A stretch of 64,000 nucleotides of DNA from a virus, in IMG/VR virus record IMGVR_UViG_3300034071_002576, positions 22,341 to 86,340 of that record; one strand, 5' to 3'. How positions within the stretch are numbered: the first letter of the stretch is position 1; the number at the start of each line of letters is the position of its first letter. The notes beneath the pieces were generated by a model, which was given only the letters and a program-made list of their open reading frames with translations, was not told the DNA's origin and made no database searches. The position numbers and the translations under genes were made by a program. Shown here piece by piece: positions 55,340 to 64,000 of the stretch.

Positions 55340-55383
55340 ACTGTTGGGGAGAAAAGTTCTCTTGAATTAACACTGTACTGAAT

Positions 55384-57618
55384 ATGGCAGCTGATACGCT
55401 GGGCGTTCGACAAAGATTCACTGAGATCTTAGAAGCGTCTCGGACGCAAGATCGCTCGCGTCAGGCCGCCACGATGGTGGTCTTAGGCCACCTCCAGCAA
55501 ATGACCCTTCTGATGATTAAGAAGGGTTTATTTTTTTACTGCGAGCAGGACACTTACCGGGCTCGTACTCAGTTCTTACAAGATTTAATTGATTTAAATA
55601 AACTTGATATTCGTTTCCCCGCCATCATCCGGAATTTTTTGCTAGATGGCTGCGGGTTGTTTTACTTCCGTCCCGATCCAAAACTTAAATATCAGATATA
55701 TTTCTTTACTAAGGATCAGTACCGTGTTTATCACGATATAAATGGAAATATCGAAGAAGTTGTAATTATTTATAGCTACAAGGTAAGGAATACGACGCTA
55801 GGTCTTCCTTCCGATAGTTACGGGATGAACGAACGTTACGTTCGCATCTCAATTACAAATGATCGTATAGATGAATTTGAGGCAAATACAGAGCTCAGTT
55901 TTGAATTAGAACCGGGTGCTGTTCTCAGCCCTAGGAATAGCCGTCCGAATACGCTTGGGTTTATACCGGCTGTTGAGGTTTTAAACAAACCAAATAGCAG
56001 CGGAACTGAAGGCGAAGGCGAGTTTGAGCCTTTCATGGAGCAGATTGTGCTTCATGACCAAATGATGCGCAATATCGCCAAGAACATTGAGTTTTTTGGT
56101 AATCCCACGCTTATTAGTTCGCGCCCTCGTAGCGATCTGGTCGAAGCTGCGGATGAAGGTCGTACATTCCGTCCGACTATTAGTAGTCAGAGCGGATTTG
56201 CAGGACGCGATACTCCATCTACTCGCGTTTCCGAACCTTTCGGTTCTGGTTCAACACTCGGGGGCTTAAAAGTCCCTCGCGTTATTGCGAATATTGAGCC
56301 GAATGACCGCGTGGGCTACATGACGCCCGACCCGGTTAACGGGGATATGAATCGTTACGCTTTGTTGCTGCGTGAAGAAATTCGAACAGCTTTGGGCGGT
56401 GTCGACGAGATCTCTATTTCCGCCGGTGCTACGGCAACAGAAATTAAAGGTTTGATGGGTCGCGCGCAGGCCACGGCGCTTCGCAAAAACAAAAGTTTCT
56501 TAACTTACGGTTTTTGTCGTCTGTTGGAGATGATTCTCTTCCATCAGGAGGAAATCTTCCGCGACAGCTTCATCGCCGTCAGCGGCATGAAGGCGCCTAA
56601 CCCGCCTAAAGAGGAGACGCCAGAAGCGCTAGAAAAATATCAGATTTCTGTAGGCAAATTCGAGGCGAAGGTTGAGGCGGAACTTAAGAAAGCTCTTGAG
56701 GCTAATAACGTTCCGGCAGGTGTGTACGGTCTGCCTCCTGACGGTAATCGCGATGTTACTTATCGCTTCCAGGGTGATGTTTATGAAGACACTGCGTACG
56801 ACATTAACCAAAAGTCAATCGTTGTACGAAATCTTCAAGAACTCGGTGTGGATAGCGTCGAAGCTCTGAAGTATCTCTTTCCTGATAAAACGGATGCTGA
56901 ACGTAGTGAGATGCTGAAGGGATTTCCCTTCCGCATGATCCAACAAACGCAAGGCGCATTCCAGCAATTTTTAGTATTATTAAGTCAGATGTTGCAGACG
57001 CCACATCCGCTTGCGCCGAATCAACCATTAGCGGCTGATCCTCGGCTAAACCTGACCGGCCTGTTATACAGGACGTTCGATCACCTTGCGCAAGAACTGA
57101 CTTACTCGGGCAGCTATGAGCCAGCAGATCCCAGCTTCGATCCCGAGCCCGGTCTCCCCGGCGGTAGCAGCCCCTCAGGCAGCGCCCTCGGCGGATTTGG
57201 GCTCAACAGCCTACCCGCAGTGGGTAGCCAATACCCAGGGGGTGCCTTCGGTGGCTATGCCCCAAATGCAGTCGCCGGCAACACCGGTTACGGCCCCTTC
57301 TACCAGCAACCAGTACAGCCAGTCTCCGTCAGCCTCCTCCCCGTCCAATCCGTGGGAAGCGGCGATGGGCAGCCTGGAACGGGTGGTTTCTCGGATCTCC
57401 CCGTCCCCCAGCCAGGCACAACAGTATCCTCAGTACCAAATGGTGCCGCAGGATACTCAACAGTACAGTCAGAATTTACAGGCCCAACCCTGGCTGTACC
57501 AAGCGCCTACGGATCAGCAGATCTCGTACAACAGCGCGTATACAACCCCGACTTCTTATCCGACTTCTACGGAAGCGCAACCCGTTCAACTAAGCGCGGA
57601 AACAAGCGCCGTAGTTAA
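55384..57618 (+). CDS. portal protein with long low-complexity C-terminal tail
   Basis: Position between TerL and capsid; LGFIPAVEVLN, GEGEFE, FFGNP, SAGATATEIK. Confidence 0.75.
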   Translation: MAADTLGVRQRFTEILEASRTQDRSRQAATMVVLGHLQQMTLLMIKKGLFFYCEQDTYRARTQFLQDLIDLNKLDIRFPAIIRNFLLDGCGLFYFRPDPKLKYQIYFFTKDQYRVYHDINGNIEEVVIIYSYKVRNTTLGLPSDSYGMNERYVRISITNDRIDEFEANTELSFELEPGAVLSPRNSRPNTLGFIPAVEVLNKPNSSGTEGEGEFEPFMEQIVLHDQMMRNIAKNIEFFGNPTLISSRPRSDLVEAADEGRTFRPTISSQSGFAGRDTPSTRVSEPFGSGSTLGGLKVPRVIANIEPNDRVGYMTPDPVNGDMNRYALLLREEIRTALGGVDEISISAGATATEIKGLMGRAQATALRKNKSFLTYGFCRLLEMILFHQEEIFRDSFIAVSGMKAPNPPKEETPEALEKYQISVGKFEAKVEAELKKALEANNVPAGVYGLPPDGNRDVTYRFQGDVYEDTAYDINQKSIVVRNLQELGVDSVEALKYLFPDKTDAERSEMLKGFPFRMIQQTQGAFQQFLVLLSQMLQTPHPLAPNQPLAADPRLNLTGLLYRTFDHLAQELTYSGSYEPADPSFDPEPGLPGGSSPSGSALGGFGLNSLPAVGSQYPGGAFGGYAPNAVAGNTGYGPFYQQPVQPVSVSLLPVQSVGSGDGQPGTGGFSDLPVPQPGTTVSSVPNGAAGYSTVQSEFTGPTLAVPSAYGSADLVQQRVYNPDFLSDFYGSATRSTKRGNKRRS

Positions 57619-58033
57619 TCACTTCGGTATTGAAGCCCCTGCGGTTCTCAACGAGTACGCTGTTACTCTTGAAGATACGCTGATTCAGCAGAATGAAAAC
57701 ATGGAAGCCCTCGCTCTGCGAGCCGGCGCCATGGAGCACATCCTGACTGACCCTGATCAGCTGGCTGATTACACCAATCGGTTCTTCACCGAGGTGTACC
57801 CCGTGGACGAGGAGGTTGATTACGGCTACAGCCAACAGTATCAGCCTCAGTATGATCAAATGCCTGCTGTCCCTGCTGGTGCTACCGGCGGTGCTCGCGG
57901 TGCTGATGTTGAGTCTCAGTGGAACGGCTTCACTCAGACGATGGATCAGAACCCCGAAAACGCTTGGCGTTATCTGTCTCAGATGAGTCCTGATGCCATC
58001 CGTAGCAAGCTGTTGTTCTTGGACAACGCCTGA
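57116..58033 (+). CDS. putative capsid scaffolding protein
   Basis: P/Q/S-rich N-terminus, acidic helical C-terminus, between portal and capsid; followed by terminator. Confidence 0.6.
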   Translation: MSQQIPASIPSPVSPAVAAPQAAPSADLGSTAYPQWVANTQGVPSVAMPQMQSPATPVTAPSTSNQYSQSPSASSPSNPWEAAMGSLERVVSRISPSPSQAQQYPQYQMVPQDTQQYSQNLQAQPWLYQAPTDQQISYNSAYTTPTSYPTSTEAQPVQLSAETSAVVNHFGIEAPAVLNEYAVTLEDTLIQQNENMEALALRAGAMEHILTDPDQLADYTNRFFTEVYPVDEEVDYGYSQQYQPQYDQMPAVPAGATGGARGADVESQWNGFTQTMDQNPENAWRYLSQMSPDAIRSKLLFLDNA

Positions 58034-58061
58034 GCTACTATCCGCTAGGAGGATCCAGGGG

Positions 58062-58087
58062 ACCCCGTCTGGTAGGCGGGGTTTTTT
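58062..58087 (+). terminator. intrinsic terminator
   Basis: ACCCCGTCT-ggt-AGGCGGGGT followed by T-tract. Confidence 0.75.
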
Positions 58088-58121
58088 ATTGTTAAACTAC
58101 TTTTAGATTTAGCGTATAATC

Positions 58122-58328
58122 TTGGCCCCATTTCGAAGCGAGTCTCAGCGCCGCAAATTCTACGCGATGGCGGAACGCGGTGAAATCTCAAAAAATAAAG
58201 TAAAAGAGTATGAGGAAGAAACTAAAGGCGATCTCCCTGAGCGCGTAAAGAAAAAAGAGTCTATGGTTAAGGCCAAGCGTAAAGCTAAAAAATTCGCTAA
58301 AAAACGCGAGGAAATGCAGCGTGGCTAA
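58122..58328 (+). CDS. small basic protein
   Basis: PFRSESQRRKFYAMAERGEI...LPERV. Confidence 0.65.
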   Translation: MAPFRSESQRRKFYAMAERGEISKNKVKEYEEETKGDLPERVKKKESMVKAKRKAKKFAKKREEMQRG

Positions 58329-58497
58329 TCTTAACCGTCGTTCAAAAGCGGCCTCCACACCGGCAGAGTCAATTGCCGCCTTGCAATCTGAGCTGAGTGC
58401 CCTTCGCGAACTTTATGTTCGGGATATGCAAAATATCAGTGCGGACATGCAAGCTTTGAGTGCCAAAGTCGAGCCTACTGCTGTTTCTGAAGACTGA
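58321..58497 (+). CDS. small coiled-coil protein
   Basis: Manual translation MANLNRRSK...LQSELSALRELYVRDM (58 aa). Confidence 0.5.
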   Translation: MANLNRRSKAASTPAESIAALQSELSALRELYVRDMQNISADMQALSAKVEPTAVSED

Positions 58498-58538
58498 TTT
58501 TAAAAGTTTTATACTATATGTAACCGTGAGAAGCCGAT

Positions 58539-59285
58539 ATGTATACGCCTATAAGTAATTGGCGGTACGATAGCGGCTTTCACAGGGTTCAAAGCGGTCC
58601 GAACCACGAAGGCTATATCGTGGTTAGCTCTGGGATTGTGGATACCGGCGCGGATACCGGTATCGTCACTCCCGGAGCTCCGAATAGTGGGCTTTGGTAT
58701 AACACTAACGAGTGGCGCGCTGTTCCTCGCGCGGTTTCTGGGTACTGGACAGATTATTCGGACGTTGATTACGCTCCGAGCGGAGCGCTAAGCAGTTATG
58801 TCGGGTATCGCCCTCTGGGTGTTTCGACAATCGCTAATGCAAAAGTTTCCACGTCTTATGGTCCCCAGTTTGGCTTAAGGACAACAGGGCAATCTACTTA
58901 TTTCAATGGCGTTGCTCCTGCGTCTCAGGCGTACACTCCCTACAACACTCCCGACGACAACACAGCTGCTCAGGGTTACACAGGAGGGGGCGTAACTCAC
59001 GGTCGTTATGAAGGCGGCATTCTCACAAATCCAACCAACGACACGTCCGGATCTCGCGCGTCGTGGGTGTATAACCCTCCTGTTTACTGTAAAACATATA
59101 CGGAGACTGTTCGCAGCACAGCTCCTGGGCTGATGTCGACGGCTTTGCGGTACATCTACCGCGGAAAAGCCGGCACGTATGTCTCTAACTTTGCGGCTAT
59201 CTACCATCAGTTGCCTGAAGGTGTTCGCTCTATGGTGCGCACTTATTCACCTACAGTTAATTCAAGTAATCAAAAGTCAATTTGA
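58539..59285 (+). CDS. putative structural protein
   Basis: G/S/T/Y-rich, immediately upstream of capsid. Confidence 0.55.
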   Translation: MYTPISNWRYDSGFHRVQSGPNHEGYIVVSSGIVDTGADTGIVTPGAPNSGLWYNTNEWRAVPRAVSGYWTDYSDVDYAPSGALSSYVGYRPLGVSTIANAKVSTSYGPQFGLRTTGQSTYFNGVAPASQAYTPYNTPDDNTAAQGYTGGGVTHGRYEGGILTNPTNDTSGSRASWVYNPPVYCKTYTETVRSTAPGLMSTALRYIYRGKAGTYVSNFAAIYHQLPEGVRSMVRTYSPTVNSSNQKSI

Positions 59286-59366
59286 CCGCTAAAAATGCGA
59301 CAAGCTGGTTTTGTTCAGCCTGTTTTCTAGTTAAATTAAGTATGTAGTTCTTCGGAGGTTGACGCT

Positions 59367-60482
59367 TTGTTCGTCGATAATGACTTCCCGAAGCTGCTGG
59401 GCGCTGAATTATACCGTCCTCACCCCGCGTATGTGGTGGAGATGGCAGCTGAGCCCGTGGTTGTTCACGATTTCTCGAAGCAACCCGGCCAGACTGTTCA
59501 GTTAGACCGGTACCGCTTCTGGGGCAATCCTGGTTCGAAAGAAAGCCGGGAGCGCACTGCCGAGCAAACCATCGGCACGGCTAACAGCCGCAACATTGTT
59601 AAGGACAAAGTGCTCGTGACCCTCCGCGAGTACACCGGTCCTGCTGACCCGAGTGATCCCACTCAGCCGAGCACCTTTAAGATTGCTCGCGAGACTCTGA
59701 TCACCGCTCAGCGTCTGCTGTTGGACACCGGTAACCTTACCGCTTTCCACCAGTCCATCGGTTCTCTGACTCTGCTCGACGACTACCGTCGTTGGCGCGA
59801 CCGGGTGTTCATCAATGAACTCCTGAAAGCTGTTTCCAAGGGTCAGGCTTCCGACAGCCAAGGTGGTTACTACTACCCCGGCGATCTTGCCGTTGGTAGC
59901 CTCACCTACGCCAACGCCGAGCAAGCTAAGTTCGACGTTAAGGATGACCTGCTGCGCGTGGTGAAGAGCCTGCGTAAGCGGAACACTCCTACCTACCAGG
60001 ACGGTTTCTATCGCTGCGTTTGCGATCCTACCTTCCTGATGCACCTGCGCCAGAACAGCGACTTCCGTGAAGTTGCTCGTTACCCCGGCAACGGTCAGAT
60101 CAACCCCCTCATGTCCTCGATGCAGCCCAACGCTGCCATCTACATGGGTCAGGGCTTCGGTCAAGCCACCTTCGTGGCCGGCGAGCCGATCATGCCCACG
60201 GGTTTTGTGTTCGAAGGCGTTCGCTTCTTCGAATCCACCAACATGCCCTCTCAGAGTCAGACTGCCACCATCGGCGGCACGTCGAAGTCTTACGAGAGCG
60301 CAATTGGTATGTTCTTCGGTCCCCAGAGCGTTGGCGTCGGCATCGGCGGTAACAATGCCCAGGTGTTGCTGAATAACAACGACGATTTCAGCCGTTTCAT
60401 CATGATGATTTGGAGCCTGTACGCAGGTTTCGAACTTCTGAACGCTGATTTCGCGACCATCGCCTACTCCTTTAACGCTTGA
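59367..60482 (+). CDS. major capsid protein (HK97 fold expected)
   Basis: 371 aa, strong codon bias, QPGQTVQLDRY, FEGVRFFEST; position after scaffold; TTG start. Confidence 0.8.
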   Translation: MFVDNDFPKLLGAELYRPHPAYVVEMAAEPVVVHDFSKQPGQTVQLDRYRFWGNPGSKESRERTAEQTIGTANSRNIVKDKVLVTLREYTGPADPSDPTQPSTFKIARETLITAQRLLLDTGNLTAFHQSIGSLTLLDDYRRWRDRVFINELLKAVSKGQASDSQGGYYYPGDLAVGSLTYANAEQAKFDVKDDLLRVVKSLRKRNTPTYQDGFYRCVCDPTFLMHLRQNSDFREVARYPGNGQINPLMSSMQPNAAIYMGQGFGQATFVAGEPIMPTGFVFEGVRFFESTNMPSQSQTATIGGTSKSYESAIGMFFGPQSVGVGIGGNNAQVLLNNNDDFSRFIMMIWSLYAGFELLNADFATIAYSFNA

Positions 60483-60496
60483 GGAGGTAACTAACG

Positions 60497-61372
60497 ATGG
60501 CCATCAACCCTAACCAGATCTCGGTTGCCAAGATTTATCCTGGTAACTACACCAACGTTCTTCGTTACTGGCACGAAGAGAAGTCCGTTGTTTACAACAA
60601 CGAGAACGGCACCAGCGAAACCCTCGTCGATCAACCCGTCGGCGGTCCTGTTGGCGTTATTTTCCGTCCCGGCTGGATTGCTCAGCAGGCTGTCGGTTAC
60701 GTGGACCTGTCTTATCAGGCCCTCGGTTCTGTCAACCAGCTTGAGTACTACACCAAGCCCTACGGTTCTGGTCTGAACGGGGACAACGTTCCCTTCACCA
60801 CCGCCAACGTGATTATCCCCTCGCCGGATTATCACAAGGATGTGCGTTCCGACATTGCCGACGGTATCACTGTGCCTTCCGGCGCTTATGTGTACCGTGT
60901 GGGTCTGCGTCTCGACGGCGGCGATGTGGTTTCCAGCGGCGTGGGCGGCGGTTCCGCTACCCCCACTCTGGGTCTCGGCCCCGCTCTGAGCGTTGGTCTG
61001 AACAGCACCCCTACCCCTAGTGGTTTCTTTGCCACTATCGTCGGCGCCAACAGCCGCATCGAGAACGGTTCGTTCAATTCCACCAACGCTTGGAATGATG
61101 CGAACATGCACGTTGTGACTGCCGAAACTACTTACAAACTGTCCTCAGTTCGTAACCTCGGCGGTGTGGCTGCTTCGGGTCTCGCCCAAGCTTCCGGTGT
61201 GTACGATCCTCGTGCTAAATCCGGCAAGCTCATCGGTAAGGACAAAGCTCTGGCAATCTGCGAAGTTTGCTGGCTGGTTCCTGACGAGCCGCCCAAGCGC
61301 TCCGATGTCGCCCTGCAGCCCGCTGGTGTGGTGGAGTCTTCGATTTACACCTCCACCGTTCCCTCGGCCTGA
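60497..61372 (+). CDS. capsid-associated or decoration protein
   Basis: GGAGG ribosome site, same codon bias as capsid, followed by terminator. Confidence 0.6.
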   Translation: MAINPNQISVAKIYPGNYTNVLRYWHEEKSVVYNNENGTSETLVDQPVGGPVGVIFRPGWIAQQAVGYVDLSYQALGSVNQLEYYTKPYGSGLNGDNVPFTTANVIIPSPDYHKDVRSDIADGITVPSGAYVYRVGLRLDGGDVVSSGVGGGSATPTLGLGPALSVGLNSTPTPSGFFATIVGANSRIENGSFNSTNAWNDANMHVVTAETTYKLSSVRNLGGVAASGLAQASGVYDPRAKSGKLIGKDKALAICEVCWLVPDEPPKRSDVALQPAGVVESSIYTSTVPSA

Positions 61373-61398
61373 TACATTTAATCGGATGTCGACGGACG

Positions 61399-61427
61399 CC
61401 CCCCTCTTCGGAGGGGGATTTTTTTTT
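61399..61427 (+). terminator. intrinsic terminator after capsid genes
   Basis: CCCCCTC-ttcg-GAGGGGG-A followed by T-tract. Confidence 0.85.
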
Positions 61428-61926
61428 ACCTGATTCCGATTGACTTACGAAGCAGTTCTTGTTTGATCTGCTCTAAACGATCTTCTGGATTAATGCTGTA
61501 TGTTTTGCCGGTCTCCACAAGATCTACCAGTGACCTGGCATAGTTCTCAGGGTTGACGTAGTCCAAAATTCCGGCTGTTCGTTTTAATGCTTCCGGGCCT
61601 ACCCCTGCGCCTGCAATACCTAGACTGCGGTACAGCTCACGCCGTGCTTGCGCCTCTGGCGTTTCCTGAGCCTTAGCTGCATACCTAATCACGTTTGGTG
61701 CCACCGTGGCGATATCGGCTGGAGGCAGCGCACTTGCGGCAAACCCGGTTCCACCCACTGCGATACCTCGCGCTGCCGCACGCCTGGGCGACATACCCGC
61801 TTTGATATTGGAACTTGTTTCGCCGATGACGTTCAGTACGTCACCTGCAAAAGGAACTGCCTGCAGCAATCGTCTTGCGGGCGCCGGGATTTGAGGTAAA
61901 CCCGGTAAACGAAAGTTAAAAGGCAC
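61426..61926 (-). CDS. hypothetical protein
   Basis: 166 aa; TAAACT element upstream. Confidence 0.55.
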   Translation of the reverse strand: MPFNFRLPGLPQIPAPARRLLQAVPFAGDVLNVIGETSSNIKAGMSPRRAAARGIAVGGTGFAASALPPADIATVAPNVIRYAAKAQETPEAQARRELYRSLGIAGAGVGPEALKRTAGILDYVNPENYARSLVDLVETGKTYSINPEDRLEQIKQELLRKSIGIR

Positions 61927-61991
61927 CTACCTTTAGACCGTACACCTACTGCCAGTTTAAGGTAAGATACCGTTCAGATACTGTTCACATA

Positions 61992-62426
61992 ATGACTGTG
62001 ACTCAGGTTAAAGAGTTCACGTACACTCCTAATGGTGTCAAAATCGAAGTTGTCAGCACTCACGACGATGGTGAGTACATGATGGTGCGTTCTATTACTA
62101 CAGGTAAAGTTTTCTTTGCGCATCGTAATCAGGTTGTTGAGGAAGTTCGTGAGGCTGAACCAGAACCCACTCCTTCGAAGCAACGACGAGGACGTCAATT
62201 AGTTAAGCCGGAAGTTCCTGCTTTTAACCGCGTGAATATCAACTCCGCTCCTCCTCAGTTACTGACTCAGGTGTTGAAAGGCGTGGGAATTAAAACTGCT
62301 ACGGACATAAAAGAACTGCAGCAAAGTTTGCCGGGCGAACGTTTTACCAAACTTGATCAGTTGAAGTCTATTAAGGGTATTAATTGGGATGAGGTTCTTG
62401 AAGACGGGAATGTGTACGTAGAATAG
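61992..62426 (+). CDS. ComEA-like helix-hairpin-helix protein
   Basis: VNINSA...LKGVGIKTA...FTKLDQLKSIKGI. Confidence 0.7.
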   Translation: MTVTQVKEFTYTPNGVKIEVVSTHDDGEYMMVRSITTGKVFFAHRNQVVEEVREAEPEPTPSKQRRGRQLVKPEVPAFNRVNINSAPPQLLTQVLKGVGIKTATDIKELQQSLPGERFTKLDQLKSIKGINWDEVLEDGNVYVE

Positions 62427-62692
62427 TCTTATTCAGGCGTTACGTGTTTCCATGTAACGCCTAATTTTATATTACTTATGCTAGAAATTTATACATTAAA
62501 TAATTTTGCGATATCTTTTTGAGTTAAGTCATTTTTTTTAAGTAAGTTTTTTATCTGTTTTCCCGAGTGCTGTATAGAGGGTGAATTCGGATAGATTTGT
62601 CGGTCAAGGGGGCGTCAGTGTGAGTGGGTGGATTTTACAATACGCCTCCTCTTTTTCTGGGATAAACTTGAGTTATATACGGGGTTTGAAAG

Positions 62693-63313
62693 GTGGCTCA
62701 ATTTACACAGCAAGAATTAGAGCAAGTACAGAGTTATCTAGCTCAGCAAGGTGTTGTATTTAATCCTACAACAACGGACGCTACTAAAAGAGAAGTTGTA
62801 TATGCTGCGATAAATCAGCTAACACGTAATCCTGCTCAGACGTTTGGATACAGGTTAGATGATTACAATTTTAGTCGTGTTGCATATCACCTTGGTTTTA
62901 ACATAGCTACGGTTCCTGCGGGAGACTATGCGCGTCTTATCGAGGCGTGTAATTCTGTTCCCAGTGAATATTATTTCGATAAGATAGTTCAGCAGGTAGA
63001 ACGTTGTGAAGAAGCTGAGCGTTTAACGGAGCTGGCGACCGGGAGAGCAACCAGTCGTCAAGAAACTATTTTAGGTGATGTCAGTCGCTCGATTAATATT
63101 CAAGATAAAAGAGAAACAGCTAAAATCTGGCGTGAAAATTATTTATATGAATGTGACAGATTGGCTCATATGCTCTACGTCCCGAATTACAGGGATCCCG
63201 TAACCGCTAGGTACCGGTTCGAACGCAGCGGCGGCGAATTCATCCAAGCCATTCCCGGACCTCCGGATGTATCCCGTGCGGACCGTCTGTACTTTTACGC
63301 AAACTGGCGATAA
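62693..63313 (+). CDS. hypothetical protein (head-completion candidate)
   Basis: 206 aa downstream of capsid genes; RVAYHLG, LAHMLYVPNYR. Confidence 0.55.
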   Translation: MAQFTQQELEQVQSYLAQQGVVFNPTTTDATKREVVYAAINQLTRNPAQTFGYRLDDYNFSRVAYHLGFNIATVPAGDYARLIEACNSVPSEYYFDKIVQQVERCEEAERLTELATGRATSRQETILGDVSRSINIQDKRETAKIWRENYLYECDRLAHMLYVPNYRDPVTARYRFERSGGEFIQAIPGPPDVSRADRLYFYANWR

Positions 63314-63345
63314 ACGCTATATTTATTAAAGGCATAGGTAGCTGT

Positions 63346-64000
63346 ATGGCTGATTACGCAGAGGGTTTGCGGGTTCTCACTAACTTAGTTAGCAACCCGC
63401 AAATGCTGAGGCAGATCCAAAATTTACCTGGAGAGATCTCCGGGCAGATCCAGGATGTTCTGCGTGGTTTCCAGGCAGCAGGTGGTAGTGGCGCTCTAGG
63501 TCCCGCTATTCAGAAACGGTTACTGTTTCCGAACGCTCCCGCCCCTCGGCCCATTCCCACCAAAGCTGAAAAGACCCAGCAGCTTCCCTTAGCCATTCGA
63601 ACCCGCGAAGGTGTGCCCGTTTCTTCGCGTACTCCCCGTCCCACAGTTCGGAATCGTGAGACGATTCAAGCCGGTGCTCGTGAACGCGTTGCGGATATGC
63701 CTCGGGTGCGCCTGCCCGGCGAGGCTCCCGGCCAAATGAGCATTTTTTCAGCTCCTGAACCTCAATTTAAATACAACATACACACTGCTCCTGAACCTGA
63801 GTTTGGTCCGGGTGCGCGTCCTCTTTCTCTGCGGGAAGCCGACGCCGATACTGCAAACCTGCTTCGGACTCTGGAGCCAGGGACAGCTACGACTCTCGCC
63901 CGTCTGGCCGACGATATCGCTTCTGAGTACGGGGTACCAGCCGGGGAAGCTCTTAAAAATATCACCGGTCCGAAGGGCACTGACTACCTCGCCTATTTGA
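63346..64000 (+). CDS. hypothetical protein, truncated by window edge
   Basis: Manual translation MADYAEGLRVLTNLVSNPQ... open to the end. Confidence 0.6.
   Translation, partial: MADYAEGLRVLTNLVSNPQMLRQIQNLPGEISGQIQDVLRGFQAAGGSGALGPAIQKRLLFPNAPAPRPIPTKAEKTQQLPLAIRTREGVPVSSRTPRPTVRNRETIQAGARERVADMPRVRLPGEAPGQMSIFSAPEPQFKYNIHTAPEPEFGPGARPLSLREADADTANLLRTLEPGTATTLARLADDIASEYGVPAGEALKNITGPKGTDYLAYL

Noticed and set aside
59502-61111. Long antisense ORFs 59502..60164 and 60491..61111
   Set aside because: Expected shadows of strongly codon-biased capsid genes
1-64000. Alternative genetic code or stop-codon reassignment
   Set aside because: Long genes are intact in the standard bacterial code, all three stops are used, and no suppressor tRNA is seen

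Overview
A 64-kb segment of a large tailed dsDNA phage, very probably a cyanophage (NblA-like gene, cyanobacterial rrn boxA-like site, cyanophage-type tail-fibre repeats). All calls come from reading the sequence and recognising motifs; no database searches were run. The left ~28.8 kb is almost all minus-strand: replication genes (AEP primase-SF3 helicase running off the left edge, PD-(D/E)XK nuclease, SSB, family A DNA polymerase), a MoxR/RavA AAA+ and VWA pair, cell-wall-related genes, and many small early-type ORFs behind a 1.25-kb non-coding control region. The right part is mostly plus-strand: candidate non-coding RNAs and tRNAs, two convergent tail-fibre genes, glycosyl- and methyltransferases, terminase large subunit, portal, scaffold and major capsid. 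The most unusual feature is a complete tRNA-Leu(UAA) nested inside a second tRNA-shaped RNA, whose anticodon arm is replaced by a long stalk. A second non-canonical tRNA-like RNA and a rod-shaped candidate ncRNA lie nearby. Also notable: a boxA-like site and a repeated hairpin motif in the early region, a possibly invertible tail-fibre segment, a 64-glycine run, a 503-nt portal/scaffold overlap, and a -10 element at near-fixed distance in front of many genes.
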